Source: Planctomycetota bacterium
GTDB lineage: Bacteria > Planctomycetota > UBA8108 > SXIK01
Assembly (NCBI GenBank): GCA_965223845.1
Contig: CBDCXR010000004.1
Span: 3,808,001-3,872,000, forward strand
Reading direction: 5' to 3'
Length of the DNA: 64,000 nt
Of this stretch, positions 19,012-28,650 are shown in pieces (position 1 is the stretch's first letter; each line of letters starts with the position of its first letter). The notes beneath the pieces are model-generated. The model was not told where the DNA came from and searched no databases. It saw only the letters and a program-made list of their open reading frames with translations. A program made the position numbers and the translations under genes.

Positions 19012-20479
19012 GCGAAGTCTCGCTCAACGATCCGCGGAGCTGGAGCTTCCGCCACACGTCCGGATGAAGAAGCGCCAGCACGGCGACGATTTCGAGACGT
19101 CCGACCCACATCGCGCCGGTGAGGACGAGCTTGCTCGCCGTGGGCAGGTCGGCAAAGTTCCCCATCGGTCCGACGCTCTGAAACCCCGGTCCGATGTTCC
19201 CGAGACACGCGAGCGATGCGGAAAACCCGGTGACGAGATCGCTCCCGAAGAGGACGAGGACCGATCCAACGAGAAGATAGCCGAGGAGGTAGAGTCCCCA
19301 GAGTGTGACCACCGCGCGCAGAATCTCCGTGGGAATCGTCCGCTCGCCGTAGCGGATCGGCAACACCGCACGAGGGTGCAGCACTCGCGTGAGCTCGCTC
19401 CAAAAAAGCTTGAGCACGAGAAGGAGTCGAATCGCTTTCGCACCGCCCGCCGCAGATCCAGCGCAGCCTCCCACGAGCATCACGAGCACGAGCAGCACCT
19501 TCGCCGAGTCGCCCCAGAGAGCGTAATCCGCGCTCGCGTAGCCGGTGCTTGAGATCAAGCTCGCCGACTGAAAGAGCCCTAGGCGCACGCGCTCCGCCAT
19601 CGACCCGCCATCGACGAGTGCGGCGACACCGAGACCGCCAAAGACCGCGACACCGATGTAGAAGAGAAACTCGCCATCGCGAAAGACGACGCTCGGGCGC
19701 TGCGTGAACGCTCGGTACTGGAGTGTAAAGCTCGCTCCCGCCAGCAACATAAAGACGATGATAATCCACTCTGCGGCGGGATTCTGGTATCCCGCGATCG
19801 ACTGCCCGTTCGGAGAGAATCCGCCGGCCGCGAGCGTCGTCAGGCTGTGGACGAACGCGTCGTAGGGCGACATCCCCGCGATGATGAGCGCAACCGTCTC
19901 GATGCCGGTGAGGATCGAGTAGAGCGCCCAGAGCCGCTGAGCGGTCGAGCGAATCTGCGGCGTGAGCGGCTCCGAAGCAGCGCCCGACGCCTCGGCGAAA
20001 AAGAGCTGGCGCCCGGCGATCCCGAGGCGCGGGAGAACCACGACGAAGAGCGCGATGACACCCAAGCCGCCGAACCACTGCGTCATCGCACGCCAGAGAA
20101 AAAACGCGCGCCCGTAGCGCGGATCATCGAAATCCCGCAGGATCGTCGCGCCCGTCGTCGTGAATCCCGACATCGACTCGAAGAACGCATCGACGATCGG
20201 GAGACCGGAAAAGATGAAGGGCAGAGAGCCGATGAGAGCGACGACGAGCCAGGTCCCCGAGACGACTCCCATCGCCTCGCTGCGGCGAAAGACGGAGACT
20301 CTACGGTAGCCGAGACTGAACAGAACGCCGATCGTCAACGCCGCGGCGAGTGCGATGGCAAACTGACCGACCGACGCCCACTCGCGATCGTACGCCGCGA
20401 GTAGCATCGGAAGGACGAAGGCGACGCTGAAGTAGCGAAGAAGGTGACCGATGACGCCGAGAACGAGGAGGATGCGCAC
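18998..20479 (-). CDS. trkH: Trk potassium uptake membrane subunit
   Basis: FFESMSGFTTTGAT, QWFGGLG, GGCAGSAAGG, LGNIGPG, MWVGRLE. Confidence 0.94.
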   Translation of the reverse strand: MRILLVLGVIGHLLRYFSVAFVLPMLLAAYDREWASVGQFAIALAAALTIGVLFSLGYRRVSVFRRSEAMGVVSGTWLVVALIGSLPFIFSGLPIVDAFFESMSGFTTTGATILRDFDDPRYGRAFFLWRAMTQWFGGLGVIALFVVVLPRLGIAGRQLFFAEASGAASEPLTPQIRSTAQRLWALYSILTGIETVALIIAGMSPYDAFVHSLTTLAAGGFSPNGQSIAGYQNPAAEWIIIVFMLLAGASFTLQYRAFTQRPSVVFRDGEFLFYIGVAVFGGLGVAALVDGGSMAERVRLGLFQSASLISSTGYASADYALWGDSAKVLLVLVMLVGGCAGSAAGGAKAIRLLLVLKLFWSELTRVLHPRAVLPIRYGERTIPTEILRAVVTLWGLYLLGYLLVGSVLVLFGSDLVTGFSASLACLGNIGPGFQSVGPMGNFADLPTASKLVLTGAMWVGRLEIVAVLALLHPDVWRKLQLRGSLSETSHARA

Positions 20480-20652
20480 GGCTAGAAGCTCGCTCCACGG
20501 GCGCCCCGGGCCGGACGCCGGTGGATCCGCCGCGACGGTCGTCGCTGCGCGCGCGCGCCATCGCGACGACTCGCGAGACGGAGCGAGCTCGACGTGGAGG
20601 GGACCGACCGTCGTTCAATGCGAATCGATGGGCTCACCGTGCTCACGACTCC

Positions 20653-21996
20653 TCACACCGTCCGACTCAGGAAGAAATTCCGCGCTTCTTCCTCGAACTC
20701 GCGCGTGCAAAAGAGAAGAACTCGATCGTCCGCGAGGATCTCGTCGCTTCCCTTCGGAATGATGACGTCGGCACCGCGAAGGATCGCGCCGACGATCACG
20801 AACTCCGGGACCTTCAGCGAAAAGAGCGGGGTCCCCGGATAGTCGCTCGGGAGTCGCACCTCGAGCACCATCGCGTCGCCGTGCTCGAGCTCGGCGAGAA
20901 GCTCCGTGCCGGAATCGGAGATGCACTTGAGCACACTCCGGATCGCCGCGCCGCCCGCCGAACGCACGACGTCGATGCCGACGCGCTCGAACAGGCGCTC
21001 GTTCGCTTGCGAACCCGCGCGCGTGACGATTCGAGGCACGTTGAGCTGCTTCGCGAGCAACGAGACGAGGAGATTCTTCTCGTCGTTCGACATCACCGCG
21101 ATGAGGACGCTGGCGTCCGCGATGCGCTCCTCTTCGAGGAGATCGATGTCGGCCCCGTCGCCGTGGAGGACGAGAGAATTGAGCACGCGAGCCACTTCTT
21201 CGCAGCGCGTGCGATCCGACTCGATCAACTTCACCTGCCAGCCGGCGTCTTCCATTCCCAGCGCGACCGCCAATCCGACCTCGCCCCCGCCGACGACGGT
21301 CGCCCGGCGCGCATCGCGCGAGCCGTTCTCCGATTTCAAGTATTTGAAGAGGAGCCGGTTCATGTCACCGGGGTTTCCCATCGCGGTGATCTTGTCGCCG
21401 GGCTGGAACTCCGTGTTGCCCTTCGGGATGAAGATCTCGTCGCCCCGACGAGCCATCACGAGGACGACTCCGCTCGGCACTCCGACTTCCATGAGCCGTC
21501 CGCGCGTGACCGGAGCGCCCTCCTCGACGGCGTGCCGGAACAACTTGACCTTTCCGCCGACGAACGCCTCGACGTCGAGTGCACCCGGGACCGCGACGAT
21601 CCGCAGGATCTCCTTCGCGAGTTGCTCCGCCGGCCGGAGCACGTGATCGATGCCGAGCGATTCTGCGAGCGCGGCCGCGCTCCCGACCGCGCCGTGAAAG
21701 TCCGATCGGAAGAGGAGGCAGATCGTTTTCTCCACGCCGAGCCGCTTCGCGACCACGCAGGCGACGAGATTCTGCTCGTCGTGAGCCGAACACGCGATGA
21801 AGACGTCCGCGCTCGCGATCCTCGCGCGGTGGAGAGTCTCCGTCGACGAGATCAGCCCCGGGACCGTCTCGACATCGAGTCGATCGAATCTCCCGCCGCT
21901 TTCCTTCGACGTGACGAGGACGACGCCGTGGTCGGTCATCGTCGCCTCCGCGATGCGGAAGGCGATCTCGTCGTCTCCAGCGATGACGATATTCAT
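20653..21996 (-). CDS. trkA: Trk potassium uptake regulatory subunit (two RCK units)
   Basis: 447 aa with duplicated TrkA-N/TrkA-C domains; DEQNLVAC, VVGGGEVG, VLHGDG, DEKNLL. Confidence 0.9.
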   Translation of the reverse strand: MNIVIAGDDEIAFRIAEATMTDHGVVLVTSKESGGRFDRLDVETVPGLISSTETLHRARIASADVFIACSAHDEQNLVACVVAKRLGVEKTICLLFRSDFHGAVGSAAALAESLGIDHVLRPAEQLAKEILRIVAVPGALDVEAFVGGKVKLFRHAVEEGAPVTRGRLMEVGVPSGVVLVMARRGDEIFIPKGNTEFQPGDKITAMGNPGDMNRLLFKYLKSENGSRDARRATVVGGGEVGLAVALGMEDAGWQVKLIESDRTRCEEVARVLNSLVLHGDGADIDLLEEERIADASVLIAVMSNDEKNLLVSLLAKQLNVPRIVTRAGSQANERLFERVGIDVVRSAGGAAIRSVLKCISDSGTELLAELEHGDAMVLEVRLPSDYPGTPLFSLKVPEFVIVGAILRGADVIIPKGSDEILADDRVLLFCTREFEEEARNFFLSRTV

Positions 21997-22122
21997 GGGC
22001 TACGAATGCGCACGGTCGGTGCTCGGACTCGGCGGCGGGTTCCCGAACGGTCGGCTCTCGTCGCCCGGCGGGAGCGAGCGAGGGCTCGGGTACACGTGGC
22101 CCGTCACGTTTTCGGAACAGAG

Positions 22123-22151
22123 ACGGTAGGAGACGTCCCAAACCCTGTCAA
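22123..22151 (-). promoter_or_regulatory. sigma70 promoter of trkA
   Basis: Minus strand TTGACA-N17-TACCGT. Confidence 0.65.
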
Positions 22152-22265
22152 GCGCCCTCGGCTCACGCCGGACCCGAGCACGGGAGTCCCACCCTCCTTC
22201 TTCGGCGGCCGCCATCTGCTCGCTTGAACCGATCGTCGGGTCTCACCGCTTCGAACCGCACCCGA

Positions 22266-23705
22266 TCAAGCGAGGAAGCCGAGAGGAGCGAAGTACCCGT
22301 CGCGATCGTCGGCCGCGAGACGCCCGTAGCCGGGAATGATCTCGCCGATCCTGGACGCCGGATCCCCGAGATGTTGCGTGAGGATCTCGTGGTAGACCGC
22401 GCGAAAATCCGTGCGGTGCGCCAGATACCGGCCGTTTGCGGTGGAGAAGAGATCGCCGTTCTCCCAGCGGTCCGGAGAACAGTTGTAGACGCCCCCGCGC
22501 ACTCCGCCTCCGAGGGCGAACAGACAGGCGGCCTCGCCGTGATCGGTCCCCCCGTTCGCGTTCTGGAGCGATGTGCGGCCGAATTCCGTCAGGGTGACGA
22601 TCAGGACGTCGTTCCAGATCGGCTTCAAGTCGAAGTAGAGCGCCGTGAGCGCCGCGCCGAGATCGCGAAGAAGTCGAGGAAACGCGGTGACCTGATTCCC
22701 GTGCGTATCGTAGTTCCCTTGGTTGCAGCCCGTGATCTGCAGTCCGTCGACCTGCTTGAGGAGCCGCGCGCAGTCCGCTACGAATCCCGCAAACGCTCGG
22801 TCGCTGATGGCAGCGTAGTGCGGCACGGCGTTCGGCTCCGGATCGTACGGCGCCTCGCGGACGTGAGTCTCGAAGAACTCGAGACTCTCGAGCAGGGTAC
22901 GCCCGGTCGAGTAGGCGAGCGTCTCGTATGGGATCGTCCGCGTAAGACTTCGACCGTACGCGCCCTTGAGGCCGGATCCGATCGGCGGCGCAGCGTTCGG
23001 AAACTCGCCGAGCGGCACTCCGGCGGGGAGGGCGTAGTCGGCGACGGAGCGCAAGACCGGAACGAGGGTCGGTCCCTTCATGAGAACGACTTGGTTGCCG
23101 CTGAGTGTCGCGGCGCGCATCGGGTTCGCAGGATCAGGATACGCCGTCAGGTAGCGGTTGAACACGCCGTCCTCGCGTGTCGTCTCGCCCGGGAGGCCAT
23201 TCTCCCAAAACTGCTGGCTCGAAAAGTGCGAGCGGTTCTGCTCGGCGTAGCCGACGCGGTGAAGAACAGCGAGCTGCGGCCCGCGTTCGTCGAGCCGACC
23301 ATGAAAGATATCAGCGAGCCGCGGTGCGCCGTCGCCCGACTCATCGACCGTCGGGTAGAAGTGAGCGAATCCGTTGAGATCGTGCGTCCGCGCCCGGTCC
23401 GGACGGAGCTGTGGACGTGCCTCCTCGAACGTCGGCGCACGCCCGGAGATCCCGGGGTCGCCGTAAGGAATCACCGCCTGGACGCCGTCGAGTCCTCCGC
23501 GAAGGAAGATGAAGAGGATCTTCTTCCGCCTCCCGGCGGGATCGACCGCCGCTGGCTCGCCCGCAAGAGCCGTACCGATCGTCCGGTGAAAAGGCGCCGG
23601 AACGCCGAAGCCCAACGCGGCGAGAGACGCCGCACTCCAGCGGCAGAATCTGCGCCGACCGAATCGACGAAGCGGATTCCAGATTCGTTCTTCAGATGAA
23701 TTCAT
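22266..23705 (-). CDS. DUF1501 protein, Tat-exported
   Basis: GRRRFC Tat-like signal, FIFLRGGLDG, NRSHF, YDTHGNQ, TEFGRT, GTDHG; ATGA overlap with the upstream gene. Confidence 0.88.
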   Translation of the reverse strand: MNSSEERIWNPLRRFGRRRFCRWSAASLAALGFGVPAPFHRTIGTALAGEPAAVDPAGRRKKILFIFLRGGLDGVQAVIPYGDPGISGRAPTFEEARPQLRPDRARTHDLNGFAHFYPTVDESGDGAPRLADIFHGRLDERGPQLAVLHRVGYAEQNRSHFSSQQFWENGLPGETTREDGVFNRYLTAYPDPANPMRAATLSGNQVVLMKGPTLVPVLRSVADYALPAGVPLGEFPNAAPPIGSGLKGAYGRSLTRTIPYETLAYSTGRTLLESLEFFETHVREAPYDPEPNAVPHYAAISDRAFAGFVADCARLLKQVDGLQITGCNQGNYDTHGNQVTAFPRLLRDLGAALTALYFDLKPIWNDVLIVTLTEFGRTSLQNANGGTDHGEAACLFALGGGVRGGVYNCSPDRWENGDLFSTANGRYLAHRTDFRAVYHEILTQHLGDPASRIGEIIPGYGRLAADDRDGYFAPLGFLA

Positions 23706-26131
23706 TGGAGCTGAAATTGAGGCAAACTAGCGAGGAATGCGGTCACGGCGCGGACGCGATCGACGGCTCCCGCTTCGCGGTAGATCTCGAGCGCGAGCTC
23801 GCGATGCTCGACGGGGAGGGCTTGGCCGTGGAGGAGGAGCGCGAAAAACTCGACCACTCGCTCCCCGCTGTCGAGCGCCCACTGCCGCTGAAACGAGAGC
23901 GGATTCCACACGAACCGCCGATCGGCCGGAGACCCGGGGTGGATTCCGCGGCTGAGATACTTGAGCCGCTCGAGGAGTCCGATCGTGTGCATCCAGTCGA
24001 AGCCGAGCTCCGACTCCCCCGTCGGATCGGCGAACTCGAAGAGCTCCATTCCCGCGAGAGTGAGCTCTCGCGACGCGCGAATTCCGTCGTTGACGCTCAA
24101 GCCTCCGTCTAGCGCCCGTACCGCGCTCACAATCGTCTCGAGCGGTGTCTTTACCTTGGCGCAGGCGTACTCGAGGCTCAGGAACTCGTCCGAGCGAAGG
24201 ATCGTCCGCACGACCTCGCGCAAGTCTCCGTTCGAGTGCGCCCACGCGTCGATGACGTCGACGAGAAGATCCGGCTCTTGGTACTCGCGCGGAGAGATTC
24301 GCTCGTCCGCGTTCGTGTCGAGTCGGCGAAAGACCGCGAGCGGTCTCCCATTCGGAAGAACGAGCGGGATCGGCATCTCCCACTCGTCGAGATCGAGCAA
24401 TCCGTCACCATCGGAATCGACGCTCTCGAAGTGCGCAGCGAGCTCGGCGCGGAGAGGGTATGTGCGAGGAAGAGCGGAAAGATCGTCCGTCACGAAGAGC
24501 TGGATCAGCTTCGTTCCGACGAACTTCGCCGTGTCGCGGAAATGCGCGATTCGTCGCAAGACGAGGTCGAACTCCTCGACCGCCCGCTCCGGCGTCCGCT
24601 GATCTTCGTTGGCGGGAATCGTGAGCGCCGCCCGCGGCGGAACGGGGTTCCCGAGCGAGTCGACGCCCCCGTAGCGCGGGAGGAACAGATCTTTTCGCCC
24701 CCAATCGTGGCCGCCGTCTCGGAGTCCGGGATGGCCGAACGCGAAGGCCCACACGTACGTCCCGTCGTCCCAATTCGCCCGCGCCGGGAAGGCAAACGGC
24801 CGAGGCTCGCGCCCATCGATCGGGAATCGCGGGAGGTCGGGCTGGTCGTGAAAGCCGATGTCGTGCGGAAAAAAATGCCGCCGCTCGACCCACGCGACCG
24901 TCCAGCCCGTAAGGATGCGCGAGAGCTCCTCGATGTCGCGCTGAGTGTACAGATGGTCCACGCCGAGCGTCGACAGCTCAAGCACTTCGCGCGCGTAGTT
25001 CTCATTCGGGGCTGCGGCGGTATTCTCGAAGCCGTTCAAGTAGATGAGCATCGCAACGCTCTTCGCCGAACCTTCGACGAGATCCGCAAAGCTCCCGAGC
25101 GCGTGACGCCGAAAGTACTCGTACTCTCGGCGCTCCATGTCCGCGGCGACAGCGAGCTGAGCGGCGCCGGTTCCGTACTTCCAGTACGCGACCGGAGCGA
25201 ACTCGAACTCGGCGGGACTCAGCGTGCCGTCGGCCGTCGAGCGACCGAACTCCGCGAAGCTACGCACACCGGGATGCGCCGCGCGAAACTCACTCCACTC
25301 GCCGGCGTCGATCGTGCCGGAGCCGTCGCCATCGACGTGCCGAAACAGCTCCGCCGAACCGCGCGCGGCGACCCCCCCGCGTCGCATCCGTCCAAAAAAG
25401 AGGTCGCGGAGGGTCGTGATCTGAGTGTGAAAGTGGTTGTTCCAAAACAGCGCGAGGACGTGGAGCAGCTGCCACCGGCTCGAACGCGCGTTTTCGATCA
25501 GCATCGCTTCGAGGCGCTCGATGGGCGCGCCCGACACCGGATCGCGAAAGCCGATGCGGAGACGATCGATGCGCTGCGCGAGCTCGGGTTCGTGGCCGAC
25601 CGGATCGTAGTCGACCGGGGGGCGCAGCTGATCCTCGATATACCGCTCGAGATCGGCGCGCGTTTGAATCCGGGCGAGCAACTCCTCGTTTGGGCCGAAC
25701 GTGATTCTTCTCAGTGCATGAGCGATGAGCGCGGTGTCGTCCGGGCACAGCTCGTACTTCGAGCAGCCTAGGTACCCAGAGTTGCGATCGACGCCGCAGG
25801 CGACCGGCCCCGGAGGAGCGGGCGGTGGCAGGTCGCCGAAGAGATGGCCGAGGAGATAGAGCGCATCGGAAATGTCGACGCCATCGTCGTCGTTCGCGTT
25901 GGCGGCTTCGACGCACGTCCCGCGACGGCTCTCCGCGAAGAGTGCGTTCAACACGAAGATCGGATCGGCGACGTTGACCGCACCGTCTGCGTTGGCGTCG
26001 CCGCGGCGAAACTGAACCCGGCGAACGAAGGAATCTCCGAGCGTCGCGACCAACGGAAGGAGCGTCAAGCAGGTGACGCGCGCCGCGACCGCCAACCCTC
26101 CCCCGAACATCCTCTGTCGCTGCTCGCGCAT
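23702..26131 (-). CDS. DUF1800 protein with N-terminal dockerin-like domain and two inserted EF-hand pairs
   Basis: HALRRITFGP, LFWNNHF, AMLIYLN, PNENYAREVLELSTLG, YTQRDIEELSRILTGW, KVKTPLE, PQFQ; dockerin FRRGDANADG...NANDDDGVDISD. Confidence 0.85.
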   Translation of the reverse strand: MREQRQRMFGGGLAVAARVTCLTLLPLVATLGDSFVRRVQFRRGDANADGAVNVADPIFVLNALFAESRRGTCVEAANANDDDGVDISDALYLLGHLFGDLPPPAPPGPVACGVDRNSGYLGCSKYELCPDDTALIAHALRRITFGPNEELLARIQTRADLERYIEDQLRPPVDYDPVGHEPELAQRIDRLRIGFRDPVSGAPIERLEAMLIENARSSRWQLLHVLALFWNNHFHTQITTLRDLFFGRMRRGGVAARGSAELFRHVDGDGSGTIDAGEWSEFRAAHPGVRSFAEFGRSTADGTLSPAEFEFAPVAYWKYGTGAAQLAVAADMERREYEYFRRHALGSFADLVEGSAKSVAMLIYLNGFENTAAAPNENYAREVLELSTLGVDHLYTQRDIEELSRILTGWTVAWVERRHFFPHDIGFHDQPDLPRFPIDGREPRPFAFPARANWDDGTYVWAFAFGHPGLRDGGHDWGRKDLFLPRYGGVDSLGNPVPPRAALTIPANEDQRTPERAVEEFDLVLRRIAHFRDTAKFVGTKLIQLFVTDDLSALPRTYPLRAELAAHFESVDSDGDGLLDLDEWEMPIPLVLPNGRPLAVFRRLDTNADERISPREYQEPDLLVDVIDAWAHSNGDLREVVRTILRSDEFLSLEYACAKVKTPLETIVSAVRALDGGLSVNDGIRASRELTLAGMELFEFADPTGESELGFDWMHTIGLLERLKYLSRGIHPGSPADRRFVWNPLSFQRQWALDSGERVVEFFALLLHGQALPVEHRELALEIYREAGAVDRVRAVTAFLASLPQFQLQ

Positions 26132-26272
26132 TCGAGTTTCGTCTCTCGCTTCGCCGGCCGATGGCACCGGTGATCTAACCGCGCATCCTCCGTCTTTCTT
26201 GTACCCGAGAACGATCTCTCGTGCGCCTCCGAACCGCGCGCGACCTTGGCTCGGGTCGGAACTCGTGAGACG

Positions 26273-27859
26273 ATGGCGAGAACGAAACGGCTCCGAGTTC
26301 CATCGACAATGCGCTTCACCCTCGCGTTCTGCGCTCTAACTCTGGTCGTCGCGTTCTCGTCCATCGCGCGAGCCGAAGACTTCGTTCGCGGTGATGGGAA
26401 CGGCGACGCGGCGGTCGACATCGCCGATCCGGTTTTCGTCTTTCTCGCCCTCTTCGGCAGCGAAGGTCCTCTACCCTGCGCCGACGCGGCGGACGCCAAC
26501 GACGACGGCGCTGTCGACGTCGCGGACGTCGCCTATCTCCTCAACTATCTCTTCGGCGACGGGACCGCCCCGCCGCCGCCGGGTGACGGCCCATGCGGAG
26601 GCGTCGACCCGACGCTCGACGAGCTCGCGTGTTCGGAGCCGCTCGAACCGCCGCTCGCGAGCGGACCACCGAGGCTCCGCTGGACGGCGACGTACGCGCC
26701 GGCACGGGGACTGGAGCAGCGAACTCGGCTCCCTCTTTCGACGGAAAGCGACGACACGGTCCGCGCCGACCTCGGCGTCGCGTTTTCCCTGCTTCTCGAG
26801 GCTTCGGCACATCCGGACGGCCGCGCGCCCGTCGAGATTCTGCTCGACCCTCACACTGTCGATCCGGAAGTCCTCGCCGTACGCTGCGATCGCGATCTCC
26901 TCTCGCCCGAGGGGATCGTCCCGGCCGGCACCAATCTCGCCCCGTGGTTCTCACGCGAGACCGAGGGCTGGATCGACCCGATCTACCTCACCCAGGAGGT
27001 CGCGCTCCGGGTCGATCGCCTCACCTCGGTAGGACCGATCGATCCGGGTCGCCACGTGTTCACAGCGGAAGCGGTCGACACCGCTTGCGCTCGTGCGTCT
27101 CCTGCTGCGATCGCGATCGAGATCGTACCGTCGCTCGCCCCGCGGATCTCCATCGCCGCGATCGACGAGACCGGAGCTCCGCACCCCCACCACGCGGGGA
27201 GCGGCAACCTTCGCGTTTCGCCCGGAGCGGACGACATCCTCCTCGAGATCGATGCCACCCCGAACGCCGCCGTTGAGGACGCGCCCATCGACGCGGAGAG
27301 TCTACACGTCTCGTCCTCGCCGCCGGTGGACGGCGCGGCCGATCTCACGGAACGATTCGAGCGCGTCGCACCGACTCTCTGCCGATGGCGGGGCCGCGTC
27401 CCCGTGCGCGAGCTCACGCCCGGGAACACGACGATCACGGTTTCGCTTCGGTCGGCGAATGACGCCGCGGCGAGCAGCGTCCTCTTCACGATCGAGCTCG
27501 AGGTGTCGTACGCCCGCGACGTCCAGTCGATTTGGAACGCCAACTGCTCCGGCTGCCACGAGGGGCCGAACGCGGCGCGCGGACTCGAGCTCGTCGCGCC
27601 CGGAGAAGACCCGGAGGAAATTCGGCGCTCCTTCGTCAACGTGTTCGCTGCGGGGCCGTCGATCGAATCGGTCGCGCCGGTTCACGTCCGCCCGTTCTTT
27701 CCGCGCCGGAGCTACCTCTTTCACAAGCTCGAGGGCACGCACCTCGACGAGCCCGTCCGCGGCAGCGGCGAACGCATGCCGGCGGACGGTCCGCCGTACT
27801 TGAGTGAGGCTGCCATCCACACGGTCCGGAGCTGGATCGTCCAGGGCGCCGCTCCGTAA
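26273..27859 (+). CDS. Secreted dockerin-like domain protein with C-terminal planctomycete-type cytochrome c
   Basis: Signal peptide ending ARA; FVRGDGNGD...DANDDGAVDVAD; VSYARDVQSIW..NCSGCH...SYLFHKL...RMP...WIVQGA. Start may be 26309. Confidence 0.82.
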   Translation: MARTKRLRVPSTMRFTLAFCALTLVVAFSSIARAEDFVRGDGNGDAAVDIADPVFVFLALFGSEGPLPCADAADANDDGAVDVADVAYLLNYLFGDGTAPPPPGDGPCGGVDPTLDELACSEPLEPPLASGPPRLRWTATYAPARGLEQRTRLPLSTESDDTVRADLGVAFSLLLEASAHPDGRAPVEILLDPHTVDPEVLAVRCDRDLLSPEGIVPAGTNLAPWFSRETEGWIDPIYLTQEVALRVDRLTSVGPIDPGRHVFTAEAVDTACARASPAAIAIEIVPSLAPRISIAAIDETGAPHPHHAGSGNLRVSPGADDILLEIDATPNAAVEDAPIDAESLHVSSSPPVDGAADLTERFERVAPTLCRWRGRVPVRELTPGNTTITVSLRSANDAAASSVLFTIELEVSYARDVQSIWNANCSGCHEGPNAARGLELVAPGEDPEEIRRSFVNVFAAGPSIESVAPVHVRPFFPRRSYLFHKLEGTHLDEPVRGSGERMPADGPPYLSEAAIHTVRSWIVQGAAP

Positions 27860-28044
27860 CGGTCGCTGGCGATCGCAGAGCTCGAATCCACCGGGACGCC
27901 GAGCAGAATCCGCAGTGACACGGATCTCGGGTAGGATCTGAAAGAGTAAGCGAGCAGAACTCCGCCGCGATTCGACCCGGAGAGTCCGCCTGCTCGCGGT
28001 GCGTCACGCGACTTCAACCAAGTTCATTCTCCGAGGAGTTGACC

Positions 28045-28614
28045 ATGCGCCGAAAAACGTGGCTCGGCGGTGTGCTCTCTGTGCTCGCCCTCACGCTTCT
28101 CATCTCGCCCGACGGCCGCGCTCGTTCCCAGTCGGGGGACGCGGGTGACGACGGCCCGAAGAAACCCGAGACCGCGACCGTCGACCGCGCCGCGCTCGAA
28201 GCAGAGTTCGCCAAGACGCTCGAAAACGCCGTCCTCGTCGGCAAATTTCGGCTGATCTCGAACGACGAGATCGGCGACGAGAAGCCCGAGCGCTACGAGA
28301 TTCGGTCGGCGAAGAAGCTCGCGGGCGATCGCTGGATCATCACCGCTCGCGTCAAGTACGGCACGCTCGACGTCGAGTTTCCGTTCCCGGTCGACGTCGT
28401 GTGGGCCGGCGATACACCGATCATCTCTGTCACCGACGTGCGCTTTCTCACGTACGGTCCGTACACCGCTCGCGTCATGGTCTACCGCGGACTCTACACC
28501 GGAACCTGGTTCGGTCCCGGTCACGGCGGACTCATGAGCGGCCGCGTCGAACGCGCCGCAGCGGACGCGAAGGACGCGAAAGACGCAGAACGCGCCGAGC
28601 CGAAATCGGAGTAG
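28045..28614 (+). CDS. Secreted hypothetical protein
   Basis: GAGGAG RBS, signal peptide, beta-rich body (WAGDTPIISVTD, YTARV, YTGTW). Confidence 0.78.
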   Translation: MRRKTWLGGVLSVLALTLLISPDGRARSQSGDAGDDGPKKPETATVDRAALEAEFAKTLENAVLVGKFRLISNDEIGDEKPERYEIRSAKKLAGDRWIITARVKYGTLDVEFPFPVDVVWAGDTPIISVTDVRFLTYGPYTARVMVYRGLYTGTWFGPGHGGLMSGRVERAAADAKDAKDAERAEPKSE

Positions 28615-28650
28615 GCTCCTCGTCCGAACGCGAGATCACGGACCGATGAC

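Noticed and set aside
22103-22114. 12-mer CCGAAAACGTGA shared by the trkA leader (minus strand) and the tsf leader (48816)
   Set aside because: Many 12-mer matches are expected by chance in 64 kb across two strands, and the flanks do not align.
21997-22120. Possible c-di-AMP (ydaO) riboswitch in the trkA leader
   Set aside because: Lacks the GCUGAAUCC, GGGGGAACC and CAGCUAAC consensus blocks.
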